A stretch of 64,000 bases of DNA from an uncultured cyanobacterium. Its GTDB lineage: Bacteria > Cyanobacteriota > Cyanobacteriia > PCC-9006 > JAAUQQ01. The DNA is taken from the NCBI GenBank assembly GCA_963718615.1, contig OY970368.1:3347973-3411972 (forward strand), written 5' to 3'. Positions 30,935 to 42,174 of the stretch are shown one piece after another. The position numbers and the translations under genes were made by a program. The notes beneath the pieces are model-generated. The model was given only the letters and a program-made list of their open reading frames with translations. It did not search any database and had not been told where the DNA came from. Every line of letters begins with the position of its first letter. Within the stretch, counting starts at the first letter, position 1.

Positions 30935-32002
30935 ATGGGCTCATCCAATCCGACGGCAGCGCTGGAAACCCTTCAGTCAGAACTCTCTACCCTTATTGCT
31001 CAATTACCGTCCTTAGAACATGGCAAGCTGATTAAGCGTGTTCTAGAAAGCCTCTTGGTGATGGCCCAGGAAGACCTAGAACGCCTGGATTGGAAAATTT
31101 TGCTGGGCTCTTTGCAAGACATGGAGCGAGCCTTCACGCTGTTTTCGCCCTATCGACATATTCGCAAAATTGCGGTGTTTGGTTCAGCGCGAACGCCAAA
31201 GACGGACCCGGATTATCCGATGGCGGTTGAGTTTTCTCGCCGGATGGCGGAGCAAGGCTTCATGATTATGACGGGTGCAGGGGGGGGGATCATGGAGGCA
31301 GCGAATGAAGGGGCGGGGCGATCGCAATCCTTTGGGCTCAATGTCCAACTCCCCTTCGAGCAAAGCGCCAATCCCTTTATCAAAGGGGATAATAAGCTTC
31401 TGCAATTTAAATACTTTTTCACCCGCAAACTCTTTTTTCTGCGGGAAACCGATGCAGTCGCGGCCTTCCCTGGTGGTTATGGCACCATGGATGAACTCTA
31501 TGAATGTTTAACCCTGGTGCAAACGGGAAAATTTGGACCAGCACCGCTCATTTTGGTTGATCGACCGGGTGGAGATTATTGGCAGGAGTGGGAGAAATTT
31601 AGTAAGGATCAGCTTCTTCTAAAAGGACTCATTAGTCCTGAAGATCCTTGCCTATATACGATTACGGATCAAGTCGAAGTTGCCTGTCGAGTTATCTCTG
31701 ATTTCTATCGTGTTTACCATTCTAGTCGCTATGTTGGACCCTTGTTTATCATGCGGCTCAAGGCTGAACTAACGGATGAAGATGTAGAGTTTCTGAATCA
31801 TTCATTCAAAGATATTTTAGTCACCGATCGGATTGAAAAAACTCAAGCCCTGCCGGAAGAGGCCGCCGATGAAACCGTTGGCATGCCGCGCCTTAAGTTT
31901 CACTATAATCAGCGAGATACGGGACGTCTTTATCAACTGATTGCAGAAGTGAATCGATTGGGTGTCAAGTCCCTAGGTGAAGCTCACCCAGAGCAAAAAT
32001 AA
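30935..32002 (+). CDS. LOG-family protein (lysine-decarboxylase-like fold, long form)
   Basis: 'IAVFGSART', 'TGAGGGIMEAANEGA' and 'PGGYGTMDELYE' motifs. Confidence 0.8.
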   Translation: MGSSNPTAALETLQSELSTLIAQLPSLEHGKLIKRVLESLLVMAQEDLERLDWKILLGSLQDMERAFTLFSPYRHIRKIAVFGSARTPKTDPDYPMAVEFSRRMAEQGFMIMTGAGGGIMEAANEGAGRSQSFGLNVQLPFEQSANPFIKGDNKLLQFKYFFTRKLFFLRETDAVAAFPGGYGTMDELYECLTLVQTGKFGPAPLILVDRPGGDYWQEWEKFSKDQLLLKGLISPEDPCLYTITDQVEVACRVISDFYRVYHSSRYVGPLFIMRLKAELTDEDVEFLNHSFKDILVTDRIEKTQALPEEAADETVGMPRLKFHYNQRDTGRLYQLIAEVNRLGVKSLGEAHPEQK

Positions 32003-32311
32003 TTTGATTATCGCATCCTAAGAAGAGTCAATGTTCCAATTTTATAGCATTGACTTTGTGGGCCTAATGATTGCTCTCGACCTTGACTCCAATACAGTTC
32101 TTGGCCCAGTAAATTAATATTGTCTAAAGTTATTCGTGATCATTTTACCAACAGCTTTCTTACGTATTTGAGACAGCTTTATCGATAAATTGGGAAAACT
32201 AGAAGCTAAGCACTACACGATTTAATTTTCTGTTTCTCGGAAAATCGAGGATCTTTATCAGGGTTGCATTTGCTGTACTCCCGTCAGGAAAGTCTACCAG
32301 GACTGTGTCTC

Positions 32312-34924
32312 ATGAGTTACGGCCATGTTTCCGATCTAGCATCTCCTAGGAGCCAGCCAGGTCGGGATGCTGCATCCAATTCTCACCCGACCGACCCGAT
32401 GTCTTCAGGTTGGTCTGAGTTTCAGCATCTGTTCCTAACGCTGAATGAAAGCGATGGCTTTTCTCAGCTTAAACTCGTCTTGGAGAGTATGGATGATGCC
32501 ATTGTTTTGCTTAATGCTCAGAGAGCACTCCTCTTTGTCAACTCAGCCGCTAATCATCTTTTAGGAGATGGGGTGCATAGCTTTGTGCAACAAGATTGGG
32601 CAATTAGGTTAAGCGAGCTCTATGGAGCCCAAAAGTCTGCCCCAATCTCTTTGTCTGCTCAATCTTTTCTAGAGTCTACAGATTCTTCCTCCCTTTCAGA
32701 GGCAAAACCTAGAGTCTTTAAAATTTATAGCACGGATGAGCCCGAGCAATGGATCACAGTTGTTGAACGTCCTCTCCATAATCCTCAACAGCAGTTGCTT
32801 GGCAGTTTAATTATTTGCCGTGATATCAGTGAACATAAGCGGGTTGAGGAAAAGCTGTTACATGATGCTTTCCATGACAAGCTAACGGGATTGCCCAATC
32901 GCAATCTACTACTCAAGCAGTTGGAACGGGCGATCGCCACTACTCAACAATCCTCTAAATATCAATTTTCTGTTTTATTTTTAGATCTTGATCGGTTTAA
33001 GGTCATTAATGATAGCCTTGGTCCCATAGTTGGAGACCAACTACTGATTGCAGTAGCACAACGACTGAAACGTTGCCTAAGGGTAGAAGATATAATTGTG
33101 CGCTTAGGCGGTGACGAATTTGCAATTTTGTTGAATGATATCAAAGATATCAACTATAGTCAGCAGGTTGCTGATCGAGTCAACCAAGAGCTAGTCTTAC
33201 CCTTTAATCTGAATGGACATGAAGTGTTCGCGGATGTCAGTATTGGCATTGCGACTGGTGCCCAGGGGTATGAAAAACCAGAAGAAATTTTGCGGGATGC
33301 AGACATTGCAATGCACCATGCTAAAGAACTGGGAAAATCCTGTTATCAGTTCTTTGATAAAGCGATGCATATCGATGCAGTCAAGCTGCTTCAGCTTGAA
33401 AACGATATTCGTCGAGCAGTTGATCGGAAGGAATTTCAAGTTCACTACCAACCGATCATCTCACTGCACAGCGAGGAAATTGCAGGATTTGAAGCGTTAG
33501 CTCGCTGGCGACATCCTCAACAAGGATTTATTCCTCCCTCAGAATTTATTCCCGTTGCAGAAGAAACAGGTTTAATCATTCCCCTAGGACTTTGGGTTTT
33601 ACAGGAAAGCTGTTGGCAGATGAAAGTCTGGCAACTTCAGTTTCCTGAGGCGCACCAATGGACAATCAGCGTCAACATCTCCGGTCGTCAGTTGATGAAG
33701 CCACACTTTGTGGAGCATGTAAAGCATATCTTAGCTGACACAAATCTCTCTTCTAAAAACCTAAAGCTGGAAATTACTGAGAGTGTTTTACTAAATAGTA
33801 ATCAAGAGGTTACTTATATCCTAAAACAGCTTCAATCAATTGGTATTCAGCTTGCAATGGATGACTTTGGCACTGGATATTCTTCGATGAGCTATCTCTT
33901 AGATTTTCCATTTAATACGCTTAAAATTGATCGATCATTTATTAAGAGCATGGAAGGGTCTAGGAAAAAACTAGGCATTGTTCGTTCCATTATTAACATG
34001 TCAAGCAATTTAGATATGAATGTCATTGCTGAGGGTGTTGAAACTATGGGACATCTGGCTCAGCTCAAAGTTTTAAAGTGTGGCTATGGTCAGGGACATT
34101 TCTTTGCTAAAGCATTAGACTCTCAATCTGCTGAAGGGTTTATTATTTCTGAGCTTGCAAAAGTTGGAAGTAATCGTTATTCCGATCTTGAGATGTCGGT
34201 TGAAGAACTGCGATCTCGAGAACAACTACTTCTACAAATCGAAAGCCTTCAACAGGAATTAAACGAAATTAAGCAAGAGAAAGTCGATCTTGAAATTTTA
34301 TTGGAAACAGCCACAGAACATGCGAGCATTGTCGAACTAGAATTAGAGCAAGAGATTTTCGACTATCAGAAAAACGAAGAGGCTCTTCAAAAAGCCAATC
34401 GTGAACTAGAAAATTTATCTAGCCTAGATAGCCTAACTCAGTTGGCAAATCGCCGTCGTTTTGATGAATATATCAGAGAACAATGGGATATCTTAGGTCA
34501 ACAAAACAAGCCACTCTCGCTTATTCTTTTGGATGTTGACTACTTTAAAAATTATAACGACCATTATGGACATCAAGCTGGAGATAACTGCCTCATTCAA
34601 GTTGCCCAAGTGATGATGCAATCTGTCAAAAGTTCTCAGGATTTAACGGCTCGATATGGTGGCGAAGAATTCGCAGTGATTATGCCTAATACAGGGGCAG
34701 GAAGTGCAATTAGAACTGCTGAGCAAATCCGCATCACATTAAAATCTCGCCAAATTTCTCATGCCGGATCTCTAGTTGGTGAACATGTTACAGTCAGTCT
34801 TGGTATTGTTAGTTTAGTACCAACCGCAACGGGCAAACCAAATGCACTGATTGACTTAGCTGATCGCGCACTCTATGAAGCTAAGTCTCAAGGGCGTGAT
34901 CGGTTTATCTTATTTTCAAGCTAA
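32312..34924 (+). CDS. PAS-GGDEF-EAL-GGDEF signalling protein (diguanylate cyclase/phosphodiesterase)
   Basis: First GGDEF 'RLGGDEFAIL', EAL domain 'FEALARWRHPQQGFIPPSEFIPVAEETGLI', coiled coil, second GGDEF 'YGGEEFAVIMP'. ATG at 32312; ORF track starts at TTG 32264. Confidence 0.85.
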   Translation: MSYGHVSDLASPRSQPGRDAASNSHPTDPMSSGWSEFQHLFLTLNESDGFSQLKLVLESMDDAIVLLNAQRALLFVNSAANHLLGDGVHSFVQQDWAIRLSELYGAQKSAPISLSAQSFLESTDSSSLSEAKPRVFKIYSTDEPEQWITVVERPLHNPQQQLLGSLIICRDISEHKRVEEKLLHDAFHDKLTGLPNRNLLLKQLERAIATTQQSSKYQFSVLFLDLDRFKVINDSLGPIVGDQLLIAVAQRLKRCLRVEDIIVRLGGDEFAILLNDIKDINYSQQVADRVNQELVLPFNLNGHEVFADVSIGIATGAQGYEKPEEILRDADIAMHHAKELGKSCYQFFDKAMHIDAVKLLQLENDIRRAVDRKEFQVHYQPIISLHSEEIAGFEALARWRHPQQGFIPPSEFIPVAEETGLIIPLGLWVLQESCWQMKVWQLQFPEAHQWTISVNISGRQLMKPHFVEHVKHILADTNLSSKNLKLEITESVLLNSNQEVTYILKQLQSIGIQLAMDDFGTGYSSMSYLLDFPFNTLKIDRSFIKSMEGSRKKLGIVRSIINMSSNLDMNVIAEGVETMGHLAQLKVLKCGYGQGHFFAKALDSQSAEGFIISELAKVGSNRYSDLEMSVEELRSREQLLLQIESLQQELNEIKQEKVDLEILLETATEHASIVELELEQEIFDYQKNEEALQKANRELENLSSLDSLTQLANRRRFDEYIREQWDILGQQNKPLSLILLDVDYFKNYNDHYGHQAGDNCLIQVAQVMMQSVKSSQDLTARYGGEEFAVIMPNTGAGSAIRTAEQIRITLKSRQISHAGSLVGEHVTVSLGIVSLVPTATGKPNALIDLADRALYEAKSQGRDRFILFSS

Positions 34925-35231
34925 ATTAGTAAAACTATCTTTTCAAAGAGATACCTTTTAATAACATTTTGATGGACTGTATGAGTGCAAAACTAAATCA
35001 TTAAAAATTGAGAAAGCTATTTACTTCTCTACAGACAATTATTAATCAATGCCTTTGGGTCTGATGAACGACATCTACTGGTGCGAATATATCGAGAATT
35101 TAAAAAGAAAAAACTAGATTTATAGGCTCACAAGGCATTGGCAAGGCATTAGCAATGTCTTACCTCCAAAAAGCATAGACTCGACAACCTCCCAAATATT
35201 CTAAACAGCCAATAAAGAGAAGAAAAAACTT

Positions 35232-35627
35232 TTATTGTATTTCTAGTTTCAGGCTTGGCATCAAACGTTGTAAATTCTTTAGAGATTTACCCTGCCAAGG
35301 AATCTCTTCGTTACCTAGCACAGTTAATTGAACTGTTTTACGCTTCCTAATGTTGATTACAAACTTAGATAATAAGCTAATTCCCAAGCTATTTAGGAAC
35401 TGGAGCGAGCGTAAGTCAATTATAATTAGAGACGACTCTTGGTCTGCCATGGCTTCTAACATAGAGATAATTTGTTGATAATCAGGCTCACTGCCTTGAA
35501 ATCTCATCGAGCCTTCCAGTCGGATAGTTGCTTGATTAGAATCGTAAAAGACACAATATTTTTCATGGGAAATTTTCATATGTAATACTTCTTTGAATGG
35601 AGATTGAGAACTAGGCATGATATTCAA
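35232..35627 (-). CDS. STAS-domain protein (anti-sigma-factor-antagonist / SpoIIAA-RsbV-like)
   Basis: 'IIDLRSLQFLNSLGISLL' resembles the SpoIIAA phospho-serine region (DLSxVxF[MI]DSSGLG); last gene of the minus-strand operon. Confidence 0.5.
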   Translation of the reverse strand: MNIMPSSQSPFKEVLHMKISHEKYCVFYDSNQATIRLEGSMRFQGSEPDYQQIISMLEAMADQESSLIIIDLRSLQFLNSLGISLLSKFVINIRKRKTVQLTVLGNEEIPWQGKSLKNLQRLMPSLKLEIQ

Positions 35628-35695
35628 AAAATGTGAAGCAGAAAGGATCGTTAACAGCTTTAAAGATGACCAAATCGAACAGTAGTCCTATAAGT

Positions 35696-36295
35696 CTAAA
35701 TAGCTAGTTGTACCATAGTCGTAACCGTTATACTATCCTGACTAGTCGACTCATATTCAAACTTCCAGCCTAACTTTGCCGAATAGTCATTTAGCATAGT
35801 AAGTAGACCCAGCCCAGAATCAATATGATTTTCAGCATTTCTTTCGAGCTGACGAATATAAAGCTCTTCTGGATCTGAATTGACAACCTCTTCAATATAG
35901 CGTTGGAAACTTAAAACTGAATGCGGATTGATACTGTTTTTGATAAAGAAGATAATTTTGTCGACATCAAAGCAGAGACGAATTTGCGTATAGTCTACTT
36001 GGTTTTTATAACTAAACTTCATCGCATTTTCCAATAGCTCGTTGGCAATGAAGCTTACTGCATCTTTAATTTCAGCTTGTTTTTTCTGAGCCGCAAGATC
36101 TTCGTCCTTAATTGGTAAACAAGTTACAAGATAATCAGCGAGGAAATCAGCAGATATACCATTATTGCGCCATCTTTTCCTAGGAGGAGCACTACTAGGT
36201 GTGAAATGCAAAACTAGCTGCTCTCTGCAAGGAGGTAAGGCATCAATAAAATCACCAAACGTTGTAGCTGTTGGTATTATATTTCTGATAGTCAT
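35696..36295 (-). CDS. GHKL-type ATPase, anti-sigma-factor-like serine kinase (RsbW/SiaB-like)
   Basis: N-box-like 'ANELLENAMKFS' and G-box-like 'DSGLGL'; about 200 aa with no HisKA domain; adjacent to the STAS gene. Confidence 0.5.
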   Translation of the reverse strand: MTIRNIIPTATTFGDFIDALPPCREQLVLHFTPSSAPPRKRWRNNGISADFLADYLVTCLPIKDEDLAAQKKQAEIKDAVSFIANELLENAMKFSYKNQVDYTQIRLCFDVDKIIFFIKNSINPHSVLSFQRYIEEVVNSDPEELYIRQLERNAENHIDSGLGLLTMLNDYSAKLGWKFEYESTSQDSITVTTMVQLAI

Positions 36296-36323
36296 TGTTT
36301 TTCCTCGGAGTAGTTAATTAGTT

Positions 36324-38126
36324 TCAGTTTTTACGTTTAATAACTAAAAGTGTAATGTCATCGTAAATTTTACTATTGTCGATATGATCGTATAAGTCCT
36401 TAATTACAGTATCCTTAATTTCTAAAGCTGATTGATGACGGCATTGATTGATGCGATCGCACATTCGTTCCAGACCATACAACTTTCCCTCTTTACTCTC
36501 CGCTTCTGTAACACCATCAGTATAAAGAACAATAACGTCTCCTGGATGAATATAAACCTCGGTTTGATCAATAAAATCAAGAATCTCCTCTTCAAGTCCA
36601 ATGGGAAAACCCAAATCAACTGTACTAATTTGATTAATTTTTCCAGATTGAGTAAAGATTAATACTTCCTCATGCTGTCCACTTATCTTTAAACGCCCCT
36701 CATTATAGTCAACTAGCATCAACGTCAGATTTTTATCAGTTTCCATCCTCTTAATGTTGTGAAATATGGTTCGATTAACAACATCAAGAATTCGATTTTG
36801 TTCCGTTTCTCCATTCTCAATCAATGTTCGAATTGTGGTCTGGACCATTAACATTAACACGCCACTTTCTAGGCCGTGTCCCGTTACGTCTCCTATACCA
36901 ATCCGAATAGAGTCTCCATAGCAAATCACGTCATAATAATCTCCTCCAACTTCTTCCGCAGGCGTCATAAATCCTGCAATTTCCAGATCCTCAATTTTGG
37001 CAAGCTCTTTTTCTTTTGGAAGGATCATTTGCTGTAACTTTTGTGTGATTTCTAATTCAGCATTTAGTCGTGTATTTTCTTGTTCTAGCTTTTGATTTAA
37101 TGTTGTAATTTCATGATTAGCTTGTGCAAGTTGGTCGAGATATGAAGTTTCTTGATCTCGTAATCTTTTCTTCTCAAGACAAGCATCTACACGTGCTTTG
37201 AGTAAAACTGGATTAAAGGGCTTTGCTAGATAGTCTTCTGCCCCCATTTCAATGCATTTAACGACACTATCAATTTCGTCTAAAGATGAAATCATAATTA
37301 CAGGTAAATATCGCCAATCGCTGTTTCTTAGCCATTTTAATACCTGATATCCATTAATCTCTGGCATAATAACATCGAGCAACACTAAATCAAAGCTGCC
37401 TGACGTAATTGCTTGAATTGCTTCTAATCCACTCGAAACTTCTGTTTTCTGATGCCCTTGTCGCTGAACATATCGACTTAGTAAATCTCGATTGACAGCG
37501 TTGTTATCAACAATCAAAATATGAGATTTATAACTTAGATCAGACTTGTGTTCAGTATCTTTATTCTTAGAATGACAGTTTATTTCTTGTCTGTAGTCGG
37601 ATAGAGAAGGCGAGAAGTCTGAAATATTTTCTTGTTGCTTTTGAGTCGAAAACTTTAATGGCATTGTAACTGAGCTTTGTTGGATCAAGTCTTGAAAGAG
37701 ACAAGCTGCAACTTCTATTTTCTCAACATCAGCCCTGAAGGATTTAGGTGCTAAAGGTTTAAGATTTTGGCACTTTTCCAGCAATGGCTGAGCCAAAGGC
37801 TGCAACCGTGCTCGAACCCAATGTTTTGCACAATTCGATATCTCAAAAGCTATATTTTCGTCAATGACAAACTCATCTTGCAATGATTCTATCGTTAAAC
37901 CGCGACCAATATAGGATACTAAATGTTTGTTCTTTAGTGAGATCTCATGTAACTGTGACGATAGGATTTGGATATCTTGCAGATCAACTGATTCTTCCAA
38001 CTCCTCTATTAATAGCTCACTGTAGCCTTGAATTGCATTTAAAGGCGTATAAAGCTCATGTCTAAAATGAGCAATCCATGAGCTATAGTCTATTAGTTCA
38101 GCATCTAATGCTTGAGACACATTCAT
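36324..38126 (-). CDS. HisKA-like / receiver / PP2C (SpoIIE-type) phosphatase fusion protein
   Basis: N-terminal H-box 'HELYTPLNAIQGYSELL' with no ATPase domain; REC domain ('ILIVDNN...DLVLLDVIMPEINGY...MISS...KP'); coiled coil; C-terminal PP2C ('GGDYYD...GIGDVTGHGLESG...LYTDGVTEA'). Confidence 0.8.
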   Translation of the reverse strand: MNVSQALDAELIDYSSWIAHFRHELYTPLNAIQGYSELLIEELEESVDLQDIQILSSQLHEISLKNKHLVSYIGRGLTIESLQDEFVIDENIAFEISNCAKHWVRARLQPLAQPLLEKCQNLKPLAPKSFRADVEKIEVAACLFQDLIQQSSVTMPLKFSTQKQQENISDFSPSLSDYRQEINCHSKNKDTEHKSDLSYKSHILIVDNNAVNRDLLSRYVQRQGHQKTEVSSGLEAIQAITSGSFDLVLLDVIMPEINGYQVLKWLRNSDWRYLPVIMISSLDEIDSVVKCIEMGAEDYLAKPFNPVLLKARVDACLEKKRLRDQETSYLDQLAQANHEITTLNQKLEQENTRLNAELEITQKLQQMILPKEKELAKIEDLEIAGFMTPAEEVGGDYYDVICYGDSIRIGIGDVTGHGLESGVLMLMVQTTIRTLIENGETEQNRILDVVNRTIFHNIKRMETDKNLTLMLVDYNEGRLKISGQHEEVLIFTQSGKINQISTVDLGFPIGLEEEILDFIDQTEVYIHPGDVIVLYTDGVTEAESKEGKLYGLERMCDRINQCRHQSALEIKDTVIKDLYDHIDNSKIYDDITLLVIKRKN

Positions 38127-38128
38127 AG

Positions 38129-38515
38129 CTACTCGTTTGAATAGGGCTGCGTTTTTTTGAGCAATGCTTCGATTTTACTAATCAGGCGTTTTAGATCTAC
38201 TGGCTTAGTATCATAGTCATCACAACCGGCTTCTAGTGCCTTTTCGCGATCGCCTGACATTGCATGAGCAGTTAATGCAATAATCGGAATAGATTGAGTT
38301 TGAGGATTAAATTTAATATAACGCGTTGCTTCCCATCCATCTAAAATAGGTAAGCTCATATCCATTAAGACTAAGTCAGGTTTTTCTGCAATACTCATTG
38401 TCACACCTTGGGCCCCATCGGAAGCAATTGCAACCTCGTAGCCACGTCGACTTAATCGTCGAGACAGCATATCTTGATTCATTTCGTTGTCTTCAACCAG
38501 AAGTAGCTTTACCAT
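38129..38515 (-). CDS. Single-domain response regulator (CheY-like receiver)
   Basis: 'LLLVEDNEMNQDM...DLVLMDMSLPILDGWEA...ALTAHAM...KP'. Start placed at the ATG giving 'MVKLLLVED'; ORF track extends to 38560. Confidence 0.8.
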   Translation of the reverse strand: MVKLLLVEDNEMNQDMLSRRLSRRGYEVAIASDGAQGVTMSIAEKPDLVLMDMSLPILDGWEATRYIKFNPQTQSIPIIALTAHAMSGDREKALEAGCDDYDTKPVDLKRLISKIEALLKKTQPYSNE

Positions 38516-38576
38516 AAATTTAAAGGTCAAAATTCTTAAAAAGATTAGGGAAATAGGCAAAAGTTTAAATCTCCAA

Positions 38577-41054
38577 CTAAGATATATATGGTATTAGTAA
38601 TTGAGAGTTTTCTTTTAACCTTTCCTGTCTTTCTATTGCTTTTAATAATAGATCTTTTAATGTTGAAAGGAGAATCTTGCTTTCGCATAAATCTTTAATT
38701 AAAATTTCCTCAACTTGTCCTTGCAAACTTTGACGTTCAATGAAAGTTAGATCTTTAGCAGTCATTAAGATAACTGGGATTGCATCATAGAGACTATCCT
38801 GCCGTAAAGCCTGTAAAAACTCAAAACCATTCATTTTAGGCATCAAAAGATCTAATATAATTAAATTAGGATAGAAACCTGAATTTAATAGATGAAGACC
38901 TTCTATACCATTTTCAGCCGTTTTGACTATCCAACCTGCTGGTTCAAGTTGATGCGTTAATAAGTCTCGAATGATAGGATCGTCATCAATGAGCAGGATT
39001 TCTCGATTTTCTCCCTCTTGACAACAGCGTTGTAAAACCTCATATAGTCTTTGACGATCTATTGGCTTTGTTAAATATTCTGAGGCACCGAGCGCATATC
39101 CTCGACTCTGATCGTTTACAAAACTCATCATAATAACAGGAACCTCAGCTAGTTCTGAGTCGCTCTTAATCTGACTTAAAACAGACCAACCATCAATATC
39201 AGGCAAAATTACATCCAAGGTAATTGCCTGAGGACGGATTTCCCGAGCTAATCGTAGGCCCTCACTTCCTGTCGTAACAGTTTGTACAGCAAATCCCTGT
39301 TTAACAAGAAAACGACGCATAATGTCGTGAACGGCTAGATCATCATCTATGACTAATATCGTTTTTTGTAAGTTAGGCTTTGAAAAGTCTTCGTTTTCCT
39401 GGACAACACTTAAATTATTTTTATGGATATCAACCTTTCTAGGTAGTTGAATTATAAATGTGGAACCCTCTCTCAATTGACTGTCTACTTTAATGCTTCC
39501 TCCCATCATTAAACAGAACTCCTTAGTAATTGCTAATCCAAGTCCTGTTCCTCCATACTTACGGGTAGTAGAAGCATCTGCTTGAGAAAATGCTTGAAAT
39601 AACTTATTTTGCTGCTCAATCGTCATTCCAATACCCGTATCTCGAACTTTAAATAGAATCAAGTTTTGATCACTATCTTGATCCTCGACGATTTCTAAAT
39701 AAATTTTTCCACAACTTGTAAACTTACTTGCATTGCTCAGTAAGTTTAGTAAGCATTGGCGAATTTTAGTTAGATCAGCATACATTTCGCCAATATCGAC
39801 AGCACATTCTATAATCAACTGATTTTGCTGTTTATCTATTAATGGATGTACTGTTGTAACGACGTCCTCTATTAAATCTTGAATTGAAAAAGTTTCTAAG
39901 TAAACTTCCATTCGGCCTGCTTCTATTTTAGATAAATCTAAAATATCGTTGATCAGACCTAGCAAATGCTTTCCCGCACTATGAATTTTAACTAAATCTG
40001 GGACAAAATCTTCTTCGCCTAAATCAAGCGCCTCTTCATGCAGCATCTCACTGTATCCAATAATTGCATTAAGTGGTGTTCGTAGCTCATGACTCATATT
40101 GGCAAGAAACATACTCTTCGCCTGATTTGCCTCTTCTGCAGCGGCTTTTGCCTCACGAGCTTCTTCAATGCTATCCGCTAACTCTGTAGTTCGCTGAATG
40201 ACCTTCTGTTCTAGAGTTCGATTATAGTCTGCTAAATCTTCTTTTGCCTTTTCCAAGTCAATTTGGCTACTTTCTAGAGCTTCTGTTTTATTTTGAATCA
40301 TGCTAGCCATTTGATCAAACGCACGGGAAATTGTTGCGAGTTCATCAGACCCCTTGAGCTGAGCACGCACACTTAAGATTCCCTCTGATAATAAGTTACT
40401 GGCTGAGACTAACCTGGCAGCACGTCGAGTTAAGACCTCTTCAAAAAAGAACCAAACTGCTATACAAAGAAGGGTAAGAACAAAGGTGGATTCTAGCGAT
40501 CGCTTTAAAGCATCTCCATAGGTCTGTTGGCGTAGGCGCTTTAAGTCATAATCTAGGAACAAAATACCAATTTTTGAGGGTAATATTTCGCCTGGATCTG
40601 ACTTGAAAGCAACTGGATATAGGGCTTGAATAGATTGATGATCTGGACTGATTAAAACTTCACCTGCCTGCATTTGACGAATTTTTTCTATCTTTACATG
40701 GAGTTGATCTGCGGGAGTTTCTTCAATTGAAAGACCCTTGAGAAGCTGAGATGTCGTTAGAAGTACCTTATTTTGATCATCGAAGAGAATCGCAGACTTT
40801 AATTCAACTTCGTCTTCTAACTGACTGATCATAAGAGCAGCACCATCCCCGCTGACGCGACGATACAAGTATTCCAAGATACCAGAGGTATGGTCGCCCA
40901 TAAATCTGACGTAGTTGCTTACATTTTGCTCATTGCGACGATGAGCGAGGTATACTTCACGCCGAAATGAGTAAAAGCTAGAAAAACTACCTAAGATTAG
41001 TAAAATTAACGGAATTGAAAGGCGTAGGGGTGGTGGAAACCGCTTTGACATCAT
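38577..41054 (-). CDS. Hybrid sensor histidine kinase (periplasmic sensor region, TM, HisKA, HATPase_c, two C-terminal REC domains)
   Basis: H-box '[19 protein letters not shown]', G-boxes 'RDTGIGM' and 'GGTGLGLAI', then two receiver domains; N-terminal 180-aa region lies between two hydrophobic segments. Confidence 0.85.
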   Translation of the reverse strand: MMSKRFPPPLRLSIPLILLILGSFSSFYSFRREVYLAHRRNEQNVSNYVRFMGDHTSGILEYLYRRVSGDGAALMISQLEDEVELKSAILFDDQNKVLLTTSQLLKGLSIEETPADQLHVKIEKIRQMQAGEVLISPDHQSIQALYPVAFKSDPGEILPSKIGILFLDYDLKRLRQQTYGDALKRSLESTFVLTLLCIAVWFFFEEVLTRRAARLVSASNLLSEGILSVRAQLKGSDELATISRAFDQMASMIQNKTEALESSQIDLEKAKEDLADYNRTLEQKVIQRTTELADSIEEAREAKAAAEEANQAKSMFLANMSHELRTPLNAIIGYSEMLHEEALDLGEEDFVPDLVKIHSAGKHLLGLINDILDLSKIEAGRMEVYLETFSIQDLIEDVVTTVHPLIDKQQNQLIIECAVDIGEMYADLTKIRQCLLNLLSNASKFTSCGKIYLEIVEDQDSDQNLILFKVRDTGIGMTIEQQNKLFQAFSQADASTTRKYGGTGLGLAITKEFCLMMGGSIKVDSQLREGSTFIIQLPRKVDIHKNNLSVVQENEDFSKPNLQKTILVIDDDLAVHDIMRRFLVKQGFAVQTVTTGSEGLRLAREIRPQAITLDVILPDIDGWSVLSQIKSDSELAEVPVIMMSFVNDQSRGYALGASEYLTKPIDRQRLYEVLQRCCQEGENREILLIDDDPIIRDLLTHQLEPAGWIVKTAENGIEGLHLLNSGFYPNLIILDLLMPKMNGFEFLQALRQDSLYDAIPVILMTAKDLTFIERQSLQGQVEEILIKDLCESKILLSTLKDLLLKAIERQERLKENSQLLIPYIS

Positions 41055-41092
41055 CAGCTCCTAAGAAAGGACAAACAACAATCGTTGTTTGA

Positions 41093-42121
41093 CTAAGGAC
41101 GAATACTTTTGATGACGCTGTCGTCCATCAGTAGAGTTGGATCAACTGTCTTTTTCAATAAACCGTTCTGTTTCATAATTGTTACAAGATGTTTTGAGCT
41201 TTGTACTAAAGTAGATTCTTGACTTCCTAATAGAGTTTTATTTTCTTCTAGACTCGGGACTCTTACTCCTTTTAAGGATGCTAAGAAGTCTGTAGACGAC
41301 ATATTGTAATCAGCAGCCAAGAGTTCAGCAGATTTTTGAGGATTTGCTTCTAGATATTCTTGAGCCTTAAACCATCCTTCCAGTAGGTGTTTTAGATTAC
41401 GATGTTGATTTTTGAGCGTCTCTGTATGCACACCCAGAACATCGACAATCTCTCCAGGAATCTGGCTACTATCAAATAGGTGATTTGCACCTTCCGTAAC
41501 CAGTCGAGAGCTCATCGGTTCATAGGTCACTAATCCATCAACCTTGTCTTTTTTAAAGGCTTGACCATGTTCGAAGGTTGCCAAAGGGACGATTTGCAAA
41601 TCCTTAGTTGAAAGATTTACGGTTTCTAGAGCTCGGGTTAGAAGAAACGCACCTAATCCTGATGATTCAACGCCGACTCGCTTCCCTGATAGTTCCTTTA
41701 AACTGGAAATGTCAGGCTTGCCTAAAATCGCATCGGCTCCATGGGAGCTGTCAATAACTAAGACAAAGCGCATATCCTGCATGACCTCAGCGATTGGCAT
41801 TGCATCGTTCATCGTCAATGCAACGGCGTCAAGTTCACCATTTCGAAAGGCTTTGAACATTGCACTATTGGAAGAATAGGTTGTTAGGTTGGCAACATTA
41901 GAATCGTAATACTTTAAGTCCTTTGCAAGATAAAAGCTTGCATATCCTGGCCAAACAACAACACCTATCCTGATAGGATTTTCTCCAATTTGAATACAGG
42001 ACGGCAAAGAAACGGTACAGAACAAAGAAACGAGAAGAAGGGAAATCCATTGAACTTTCAATTGAGAAGCAAACAACTTGATACAAGACAAAGTTTTTGC
42101 TTTCAAGAGACTTAGATCCAT
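41093..42121 (-). CDS. Periplasmic substrate-binding protein (NMT1/SsuA/TauA-like fold)
   Basis: Hydrophobic N-terminus, then 'IRIGVVVWPGYASFYLAKD' and overall class-II SBP layout; no ABC permease or ATPase nearby. Confidence 0.65.
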   Translation of the reverse strand: MDLSLLKAKTLSCIKLFASQLKVQWISLLLVSLFCTVSLPSCIQIGENPIRIGVVVWPGYASFYLAKDLKYYDSNVANLTTYSSNSAMFKAFRNGELDAVALTMNDAMPIAEVMQDMRFVLVIDSSHGADAILGKPDISSLKELSGKRVGVESSGLGAFLLTRALETVNLSTKDLQIVPLATFEHGQAFKKDKVDGLVTYEPMSSRLVTEGANHLFDSSQIPGEIVDVLGVHTETLKNQHRNLKHLLEGWFKAQEYLEANPQKSAELLAADYNMSSTDFLASLKGVRVPSLEENKTLLGSQESTLVQSSKHLVTIMKQNGLLKKTVDPTLLMDDSVIKSIRP

Positions 42122-42174
42122 GACTCAATACCTCAAAAATAAAGAGAAAAACTATATTGGTTTATTAATGAAAC

